A stretch of 64,000 nt of DNA from an uncultured Acidobacteriota bacterium (GTDB taxonomy: Bacteria > Acidobacteriota > Vicinamibacteria > Vicinamibacterales > Fen-181), in NCBI GenBank assembly GCA_963727765.1, contig CAVSGZ010000013.1, positions 559,956-623,955 of the forward strand, in the 5' to 3' direction. Position numbers and translations under genes: made by a program. Shown piece by piece: positions 56,972-64,000 of this stretch. Each line of letters starts with the position of its first letter. Within the stretch, counting starts at the first letter, position 1. Under the pieces are notes generated by a model, which was given only the letters and a program-made list of their open reading frames with translations, was not told the origin of the DNA and ran no database searches.

Positions 56972-58633
56972 GTGCAATCATCCGAACCGCTCCATCATTT
57001 TGTCGACGACTACCTGGGCTACTTGTACGAGGCCTGTCCGACCAGTGCCACGCTCGACGGCGTGCACACTTACGACGATCTGCTCGAGGACCTCAGCCGC
57101 AGCGCCCTCGAGGCGCAGGCCCGCGCGCTCTCGGGCTTCAGCCGGCGCCTCGACGAGATCCCGATCGAAGGTCTGACCGAGGTCGAGCGGATCGAGCACC
57201 CGGTGATCGCCGCGAACATCCGCGCCAGGGCCTTCGAGCTCGAGGAGGTCCGCACCTGGGAGCGCAACCCGCAGTTCTACGCCGACGTGTTGGCGACCAG
57301 CCTGGCGACGCAGTCGATCTTTCCCTACGCGCCCGAGGAAGAGCGGGCCCGCCGCATGTTGTCCAAGCTGAGGCAGGCTCCGCGGCTCATCCAGGCGGCC
57401 CGCGACAACGTCAAGGAGCCGCCCGGAATCTTCGCCAAGATCGGGCTCGAGACGATGCGCGGCGTGTTGAAGTTCATCGAGCACGACCTCCCGCGCGCCT
57501 TTTCGACCGTGGACAACCTGCATCTGCTCGGCGACCTGGCCGACGCATCGGTCGAGGCGGCGGATGCCGTGAAGGGATACGCCGGTTATCTCGAGGCCGA
57601 GCTGGCGCCGAAGGCGCGGACATCCTTCCGCCTCGGCCGCGACAAGTTCGAGAAGAAACTGCAGCTCGAAGAAGGCATTTCGCTGGGCGTCGACAAGCTG
57701 CTGGCGATCGCGACCCGCGAGCTGTGGGCGGCGCAGGAGGAATTCCGGCGCACGGCCGCGCGCCTCAACGGGGGCGGCGACCCGATGGAGGCGTGGCGAA
57801 AAGCGAAGGGCGAGCACCCCGGCCCCGGGCACATGGTCGAGATGGCGCAGTCGCAGGTCGCTCAGCTTCTGACCTTCATCACGCGCCACGACCTGGTGAC
57901 CATCCCGCCGGCCGAGCCGCTGGTGGTGGCGCAGACGCCGGACTTCTACCGCTGGTCGTTCGCGAGCCTCTGGACGCCCGGGCCGTTCGAGTCGAAGCCG
58001 GCGCGCTCCTACTACTACATCACCGATGCCGATCCGTCGTGGCCGCCCGAGCGCCAAGCCGAGCACCTGCGCGACTTCGCCGCCGCGACACTGTGGTCGA
58101 TCTCGATGCACGAGGCCTACCCGGGTCACTTCGTCCACGCCTTGCACCTGCGGCGCATCGAGTCCAAGCTCCGGAAGTCGTTCCTCTTCTCCCCGGCCTC
58201 TGCCGTCGAGGGGTGGGCGCACTACTGCGAGCAGCTGATGATCGAGGCCGGGTTCGAGAAGGGCAACCCGACGGTGCGCCTTGGCCAGATCGCCGAGGCG
58301 CTCATCCGGCTCGCCCGCTTCATCGTCGGCATCCGCCTGCACGCCGAGGACATGTCGGTCGAGGCCGGCATGCGGTTCTTCCGCGACGAGGCGTTCATGG
58401 AGGAGGCCGGCGCCAGGCGCGAGGCCGAGCGCGGAGCCTTCGACCCGACCTACCTGGTCTACAGCGCGGGCAAGCTGATGCTGCTCAAGCTGCGCGCCGA
58501 CTACAAGGCGCAGCAGGGGAGCAGGTTCTCGCTGCGCGCGTTCCACGACACCTACCTCGGCAACGGCACGCTCCCGATCTGGGCGCAGCGCCGGCTCATG
58601 CTGCCAGGGGATCGGGGCGAAGTGATCGAATAG
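56972..58633 (+). CDS. DUF885 family protein (zincin-like)
   Basis: HEAYPGHF and EGWAHYCE motifs; FSLRAFHD C-terminus. Confidence 0.88.
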   Translation: MQSSEPLHHFVDDYLGYLYEACPTSATLDGVHTYDDLLEDLSRSALEAQARALSGFSRRLDEIPIEGLTEVERIEHPVIAANIRARAFELEEVRTWERNPQFYADVLATSLATQSIFPYAPEEERARRMLSKLRQAPRLIQAARDNVKEPPGIFAKIGLETMRGVLKFIEHDLPRAFSTVDNLHLLGDLADASVEAADAVKGYAGYLEAELAPKARTSFRLGRDKFEKKLQLEEGISLGVDKLLAIATRELWAAQEEFRRTAARLNGGGDPMEAWRKAKGEHPGPGHMVEMAQSQVAQLLTFITRHDLVTIPPAEPLVVAQTPDFYRWSFASLWTPGPFESKPARSYYYITDADPSWPPERQAEHLRDFAAATLWSISMHEAYPGHFVHALHLRRIESKLRKSFLFSPASAVEGWAHYCEQLMIEAGFEKGNPTVRLGQIAEALIRLARFIVGIRLHAEDMSVEAGMRFFRDEAFMEEAGARREAERGAFDPTYLVYSAGKLMLLKLRADYKAQQGSRFSLRAFHDTYLGNGTLPIWAQRRLMLPGDRGEVIE

Positions 58634-58637
58634 TCCA

Positions 58638-58964
58638 ATGCCACTCTACGAATATCAGTGCGAGAGTTGCGGCGCCAGGTTCGAAGTGATTCAGCGGTTC
58701 ACCGATCCGGTCGTGGGCACCTGCAAGAAGTGCGGCGGGACGGTGCGGCGGTTGCTGTCGGCCCCGGCCATCCAGTTCAAGGGAACGGGCTGGTACATCA
58801 CGGACTACGCGCGCAAGGGCATGACTGGCGGCGACGCCGACAAGTCGTCGTCGGCTCCAGCCACAACCGCCGCGGCCGACAAGACGACCGCCGCGACCGA
58901 CAAGCCCTCCGCCGCGCCTGAAACCTCCAGCGCGAAGCCGTCGGGGTCGCCGCCCAAGTCCTGA
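58638..58964 (+). CDS. FmdB-family zinc ribbon protein
   Basis: MPLYEYQCESCG...CKKCGG...FKGTGWYITDY. Confidence 0.9.
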   Translation: MPLYEYQCESCGARFEVIQRFTDPVVGTCKKCGGTVRRLLSAPAIQFKGTGWYITDYARKGMTGGDADKSSSAPATTAAADKTTAATDKPSAAPETSSAKPSGSPPKS

Positions 58965-58968
58965 GCGC

Positions 58969-59840
58969 TCACTGCTCCAGGACAGACCGCAGGTAGTCCT
59001 TGAACGCGCCGGCCAGCTCGGGCCGCCGCAGCGCGAAATAGACCATCGCCTTCAGGAGCCCGAGCTTGTTGCCCGTGTCGTGGCGGACCCCCTTGACCTC
59101 GCAGGCGTAGATCGGCCGCTGCCGCAGCAGACGGCGCAGGCCGTTGGTGAGCTGGATTTCGCCCGTGCGGTCGACCTGGGTCTCGGCCAGCGCCGGGAAG
59201 ATGTCTGGCGTCAGGATGTAGCGGCCGATGATGGCGAGGTTCGACGGGGCCTCCTCGCGCTTCGGCTTCTCGACCAGATCCTTCACCCGATACACGCCGT
59301 CGCCGAGCGACTCGGCGATGTCGACGATCCCGTAGGCCGAGACGGTTCCTCCGGCACGCGCTCGACGGCGAGCACCGGCCCCTGCACGCGCTCGAAGAGG
59401 TCGATCATCTGGCGCAGCGCCGGCGGATCGGCGTCGATCACGTCGTCGCCGAGGATGACCGCGAACGGTTCCTCGCCCACCAGCTCGCGCGTGACGAGCA
59501 CCGCGTGGCCCAGGCCGAGCGGCTCGCGCTGGCGAACGTACGCGAAGTTGACCAGGCTCGAGACCTTCCGGACCTCGGCGAGGAGGTCGGTCTTGCCGCG
59601 CGACTGAAGGAACAACTCCAGTTCGACCGACGTGTCGAAGTGATCCTCGATCGCGTTCTTGCCGCGGCCGGTGACGAGGATGACGCTCTCCACGCCCGAG
59701 GCGATGGCCTCCTCGACGCCGTACTGGATCACCGGCTTGTCGACGAGCACCAGCATCTCCTTCGGCTGGGCCTTGGTCGCCGGCAGGAACCGGGTGCCGA
59801 GGCCGGCGGCGGGGAACACGGCTTTGCGAATGCTGGTCAC
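58969..59840 (-). CDS. galU: UTP--glucose-1-phosphate uridylyltransferase; apparent -1 frameshift at about 59346
   Basis: [31 protein letters not shown]; second frame VSAYGIV, LVEKP, GRYIL, GEIQLT. Confidence 0.92.
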
Positions 59841-59959
59841 GGGCGGGCCTCCTCGCGGGAGATCGTATCCGAGGTTCGGTCCGGGAGGAAGAACCGGCCC
59901 GGATCCGGGGCGAAACGTCTGGCCCGGCGTCGCCGGAATCGCGTAGGATGGCAGGAGAC

Positions 59960-61249
59960 ATGCTCGATCCGAACTTCGTCCGCGACCACCTCGATCTCGT
60001 GCGGGCCGGCCTCCGGAGCCGCGGCATCGACCCCGACGCCGACCTTGCTGCGCTGGCCGGGTTCGACACGCGCCGCCGCGCCGTCATCGTCGAGGTCGAA
60101 GAGCTGAAGCGGCAGCAGAACACGTCGGGCGAGGAAGTCGCCCGCGCCAAGAAGGAAGGGCGCGACCCGAGCGCCGTGTTTGCCGCCAACCGCGAGCGCG
60201 GCCAGCAAATCAAGCGGCTCGAGGCGGACCTCGAAGCGATCGAGCGGCTGCGCACGGGGCTCCTGCTGACGATCCCCAACCTGCCGGCGGCGCGCGTGCC
60301 GGTGGGGAAGAGCGCCGCCGACAACCTGGAGGTGCGGCGGGTCGGCGAGCCGCGCGCGTTCGACTTCGAGCCGCAGGCCCACTGGGATCTCGGGCCCGCG
60401 CTCGGCATCATCGACTTCGAGCGCGCCACGAAGGTGTCGGGGGCGCGGTTCGCCTTCCTGATGGGCGACGGCGCCCGCCTCTCCCGCGCGCTCATCAACT
60501 TCATGCTCTCGCTGCACTCGACCGAGCACGGCTATCTCGAGGTCGAGCCGCCGTTCATGGTCAACGCGGAGGCGCTGACCGGCACCGGCAACCTGCCGAA
60601 GTTCGAGGCGGACCTGTTCAAGATCGCCGGCGACTGGGATCTCTATCTCGTGCCGACCGCCGAGGTCCCGCTCACCAACCTGCATCGCGGGGAGATCCTC
60701 GACGGCCGCCGGCTCCCGCTCAAGTACTGCGCCTACACCCCGTGCTTCCGCAGCGAGGCCGGGTCGTACGGCGCGGACGTGCGCGGCCTCATCCGGCAGC
60801 ACCAGTTCGACAAGGTGGAGCTGGTCAAGTTCGCGCACCCAGACAGGTCGCACGAGGAACTCGAGAGCCTGACGCACGACGCCGAGCAGGTGCTCGTCCG
60901 GCTCGGCCTCCCGTTCCGGACCGTGATGCTCTGCACCGGCGACATGGGCTTCGCCTCGGCGACGACCTACGACATCGAGGTGTGGCTGCCGAGCCAGCGG
61001 ACCTACCGCGAGATCTCGTCGTGCAGCAACACCGAGGCGTTCCAGGCGCGCCGCGCGAACATCAAGTTCCGCCCCGAGGGGAAGGGGAAGGCGGAGTTCG
61101 TGCACACGCTCAACGGATCGGGGCTCGCCGTCGGCCGCACGCTCATCGCGATCGTCGAGAACTACCAGCAGAAGGACGGGTCGATCGTGATCCCGGAGGC
61201 GCTGAGGCCGTTCATGGGAGGGCAGGAGCGCATCGTCGCACGGGCGTAG
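59960..61249 (+). CDS. serS: Serine--tRNA ligase
   Basis: AGGAG SD; [45 protein letters not shown]. Confidence 0.97.
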   Translation: MLDPNFVRDHLDLVRAGLRSRGIDPDADLAALAGFDTRRRAVIVEVEELKRQQNTSGEEVARAKKEGRDPSAVFAANRERGQQIKRLEADLEAIERLRTGLLLTIPNLPAARVPVGKSAADNLEVRRVGEPRAFDFEPQAHWDLGPALGIIDFERATKVSGARFAFLMGDGARLSRALINFMLSLHSTEHGYLEVEPPFMVNAEALTGTGNLPKFEADLFKIAGDWDLYLVPTAEVPLTNLHRGEILDGRRLPLKYCAYTPCFRSEAGSYGADVRGLIRQHQFDKVELVKFAHPDRSHEELESLTHDAEQVLVRLGLPFRTVMLCTGDMGFASATTYDIEVWLPSQRTYREISSCSNTEAFQARRANIKFRPEGKGKAEFVHTLNGSGLAVGRTLIAIVENYQQKDGSIVIPEALRPFMGGQERIVARA

Positions 61250-61252
61250 AAT

Positions 61253-61358
61253 GGGGAACCGGGATCGGGGATCAGGGTTCAGGGATCAGCGATCGGGGAT
61301 CGCGATCCGGCGCATCGTGCGTCCCTGATCCCGGACCCCCGGCCCCCGATCCCTGATT
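61253..61358. repeat. Inverted heptamer arrays forming a long hairpin between serS and tRNA-Ser
   Basis: ggggaac cgggatc ggggatc agggttc agggatc agcgatc ggggatc ... gtccct gatcccg gaccccc ggccccc gatccct gat. Confidence 0.85.
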
Positions 61359-61375
61359 GCGTCAGGTCCGAGAGC

Positions 61376-61465
61376 GGAGAGGTGGCCGAGCGGTCGATGG
61401 CGGCGGTCTTGAAAACCGCTGCACGGGGAACCGTGCCGGGGGTTCGAATCCCTCCCTCTCCGCCA
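61376..61465 (+). tRNA. tRNA-Ser (anticodon TGA)
   Basis: GGAGAGG/CCTCTCC acceptor stem, G discriminator plus CCA, GCGGT-CTTGAAA-ACCGC anticodon arm, long variable arm, GGTTCGAATCC. Confidence 0.97.
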
Positions 61466-61648
61466 ACCTTCGCTCTCCCTCGGCTTGCTCGACCCTCGGG
61501 AGAGCTACGGTTGGCAAGCCAGCGGCAGGCGAAGGTTGTCCCGCCGTAGCGGGGGGAGGAGTGAGGCTTGCCGGACCGCCGCGAAGGCGGACGGCTAGGC
61601 TCACCTCCGGCTTGCTTCCCTCCTCGGCGAGCCACGGTTGGCAAGCCA
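61462..61648. repeat. REP-like composite element abutting the tRNA 3' end
   Basis: GAGCYACGGTTGGCAAGCCA at 61502 and 61629; hairpins with a TTC/TAC (or GTA/GAA) internal loop in alternating orientation. Confidence 0.65.
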
Positions 61649-61710
61649 TCCCGCTCGTTTCCGGCGCGGGCGCGCCACAGTCCGCAGCGCTTTCCGCCGA
61701 TAAACAGGGA

Positions 61711-63837
61711 GTGGAGACGACCAGCCCGGGGCCGGGCGCGACAGACGAGCTGGATCAGGGCAAGGCCGGGTCGGCGCTGAACGAGACGTGCGCCGACAGC
61801 CGTCGAGCCGTGCTGCGGCCAGACCTGAGTCGGTTCCTCGTCGATTTCTCGATCGCCCTACACCGCATCGCTTTGTATCCCCGCGACCATCCGTCGCTCG
61901 TTCCCGTCCTCGACGCCCTGGCCAGGCGGGCGGACGAGATGCTGCAGGACCGCCCGCGGCTCGCGGTGGGCGTGGCGCGTGACCGGCTCGTGATCGAGGG
62001 GGTCGTCAGCGAAGCGCGGCATCCGCTGCTCCGCGGGCTCGCCGAACACCTCCACCGGCACCACGTGGCCGCCATTTCATTCCTGCGAGGGGTGGACAGG
62101 TCGGAGCTCACCGATGTCGTGGCTGCGCTGGCCGAAGACCCGAACCGCGGAAAGGGCTCAGTGGGCCGGCTGCCGAGAGAGCAGGCGCCCTCCTGGCCGC
62201 ACGTCACCCTCCATCCGCTGACCATCGACGGCCTCGAGATCGTAGACAGCGATCCCGAGTCGGCCACCGGCGCAGCGGGCCGGTACGCGGACCTGTGGCT
62301 TGGGCTGGCGCGCGCCGCCCTGGAACGAAGCGCCGGCGACGACCTGGGCACGTCGGCGGGAGGGCCAGCGGCCGTGGCCCGGGCCATCAACGATCACCAG
62401 CCTGTCGAGGCTTACGACCAGGTCATTGTCGGCTACCTCACGGAGATTGCCGAGGACCTTCGCGCGGCGGGCAGCACGGACGCAGTGGAGCTGCGGCACC
62501 GCGTGTCGAGCCTCGTCTCGACGATGCATCCCGAGACGCTTCGGCGCCTTCTCGAGATGGGTGGCGACACGCTCGGACGGCAAAAGTTCCTTCAAAACGC
62601 CGCCGTCGGCATGAGTGCCGGCGCCGTCGTCCACCTCGTGAAATCCGCAGCCGAGGCGGCAGACCAGACCGTTTCGACCGGCTTCGTTCGGTTGCTGACC
62701 AAGCTCGCGGCGCATGCCGAAGGCGGCAGCCCGGCGGTGCGGCCGCTCGCCAACGCTGCGCTTCGGTTGCAGGTCGACCACTTGATTGCCGGGTGGTCGC
62801 TGCCCAATCCAACCTCCCCCGATTACGCCGCCGCGCTCGACCGAATTGCCCGCGGACAGGTTACGCCGGGCCGGGCGGGCACATCTGCCGGGAGTACGCC
62901 GGCCGAACCCCTGCGGATGGTCCAGATGTGCCTGGAGCTCGACCAGGAAGCACCCGCGCTCTGGCGGGCCGTTGATCGGCTGGTGGCAGAGGGCCACATG
63001 GCTCGGCTGCTGGATACGCTGGACGAGGCGGGCGCCGGCGAGCTGGCTGAGCGGGTGCGGGCTCACGTGGCGTCGCCAGAGACGGTACGCGGACTGCTCT
63101 CGCGCGTGCCGCCGGATCTGGCCTCGTTGGATTGCCTCTTGCCCCGCCTGGGCGGCGGGGCCCTGTCGCCGCTCTTCGACCTGCTGCCGTCGGACGACCG
63201 GACAATGCGCCGCGCGGTCTTCGATCGTCTCCGGCGCGCGGGAGAGCGGGGCGTGGCGGAGATCAGGGTGCGCATGGACGACGATCGGTGGTACGTGCTC
63301 CGGAACCTGCTGGCGCTACTTGCGGAGATGGAGCACCTGGCCGCGGACTTCGATCCGTTGCCCTGGCTGGCGCACGAGGACGCGCGCGTTCGACGCGAAG
63401 CGCTGCGGGCGGCCTTGCGCCTCCCGGCGGCGCGCGCGAAAGCCCTTTCGGCCGGTCTCGCCGACGGCGATCACCGCGTGCTTCGCATCGCATTGGCCGC
63501 CGCCCGGGAGTGGCGCCCACCGGCCGCGCTGCGGCAACTCGTCGCCCTGATCGGGCAGGAGACACTCGCCGACGACTTGCGGGCCGTCGCCGTGGAGGCG
63601 CTGGCGCGGGCGAACCGCAGTCCGCATGCGCTGAATATCCTCCTCCGAGCGGCCCTGCGGAGCGGGCGGTTCCTGCGCAAGCCGGTTCTGGCGCACAAGA
63701 GCGCCACGGTTCTGGCAGCCCTGTCGGGCCTCGCCGCGAACTGGGCACGCGACCCGCGGGCGGCCGCCGCGATCGGCCTGGCCGCGTCCTCGTCTGACCC
63801 CGAGATCCGTCAATCCGTGAGCGGGGTCTCCCAATGA
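61711..63837 (+). CDS. HEAT-repeat protein (start uncertain)
   Basis: ALYPRDHP N-terminal motif; DDRWYVLRNLLALL, HEDARVRREAL, DGDHRVLRIAL, SSDPEIR HEAT-like repeats. Confidence 0.8.
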   Translation: METTSPGPGATDELDQGKAGSALNETCADSRRAVLRPDLSRFLVDFSIALHRIALYPRDHPSLVPVLDALARRADEMLQDRPRLAVGVARDRLVIEGVVSEARHPLLRGLAEHLHRHHVAAISFLRGVDRSELTDVVAALAEDPNRGKGSVGRLPREQAPSWPHVTLHPLTIDGLEIVDSDPESATGAAGRYADLWLGLARAALERSAGDDLGTSAGGPAAVARAINDHQPVEAYDQVIVGYLTEIAEDLRAAGSTDAVELRHRVSSLVSTMHPETLRRLLEMGGDTLGRQKFLQNAAVGMSAGAVVHLVKSAAEAADQTVSTGFVRLLTKLAAHAEGGSPAVRPLANAALRLQVDHLIAGWSLPNPTSPDYAAALDRIARGQVTPGRAGTSAGSTPAEPLRMVQMCLELDQEAPALWRAVDRLVAEGHMARLLDTLDEAGAGELAERVRAHVASPETVRGLLSRVPPDLASLDCLLPRLGGGALSPLFDLLPSDDRTMRRAVFDRLRRAGERGVAEIRVRMDDDRWYVLRNLLALLAEMEHLAADFDPLPWLAHEDARVRREALRAALRLPAARAKALSAGLADGDHRVLRIALAAAREWRPPAALRQLVALIGQETLADDLRAVAVEALARANRSPHALNILLRAALRSGRFLRKPVLAHKSATVLAALSGLAANWARDPRAAAAIGLAASSSDPEIRQSVSGVSQ

Positions 63838-64000
63838 CACCAGCCGCCTGTTTCCTGGGTTCGTTCGGTCGCGCCCTCGCGACGACGGCGCTGTACGGCG
63901 AGGGGCACCCCGCCCTCGAAGACGCCATCGACCGCGCGTGGCGCGACCTCGAGGGCCTCCTCGCCGTCGCGCCGCGGGCGGTATTCACGTTCCTTGGCGA
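63834..64000 (+). CDS. Partial gene translationally coupled to the HEAT gene
   Basis: ATGA overlap; MTPAACFLGSFGRALATTALYGEGHPAL...VFTFLG, open to the window end. Confidence 0.7.
   Translation, partial: MTPAACFLGSFGRALATTALYGEGHPALEDAIDRAWRDLEGLLAVAPRAVFTFLG

Noticed and set aside
61376-61465. tRNA-Sec to serve the selD UGA
   Set aside because: The anticodon is TGA (reads UCA, Ser), not TCA, and the acceptor stem is the standard 7 bp.
61466-64000. Integrative element at tRNA-Ser
   Set aside because: No integrase or duplicated tRNA 3' end within the window; it cannot be excluded beyond the edge.

Overview
High-GC bacterial chromosome window spanning the replication origin. Gene content and order suggest Acidobacteriota, probably Vicinamibacteria-like (inference). 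The core is the oriC cluster: rpmH-rnpA-yidD-yidC-jag-mnmE-mnmG-rsmG-parS-parA-parB on the minus strand and dnaA-oriC-dnaN-gyrB-gyrA on the plus strand. The minus-strand run continues through a selenocysteine-containing selD, atpF'F-H-A-G-D-C, a PP2C phosphatase, rfaE2, mfd, a SurA-like PPIase, a UpxY/NusG paralog, a four-helix-bundle gene and dusB. The left end holds signalling genes, copA and a sigma54/FleQ-like/FliA module. The right end holds uvrD, glmS, glmU, rsmI, DUF885, galU, serS, tRNA-Ser and a HEAT-repeat gene. The most striking unexplained structure is a four-helix-bundle (TIGR02436/23S-IVS-like) gene with its own sigma54-type promoter, enclosed by two inverted arrays of a degenerate 20-bp repeat. 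The outer ends of the arrays coincide with the upstream stop codon and the downstream start codon. Orphan copies of the same array obey the same stop/start registration elsewhere, and heptamer-array hairpins and REP-like doublets occupy other gene junctions. A candidate sigma54-driven structured sRNA lies at about 1567-1661. Five single-base frameshifts, including in gyrA and gyrB, look like sequencing or assembly errors.
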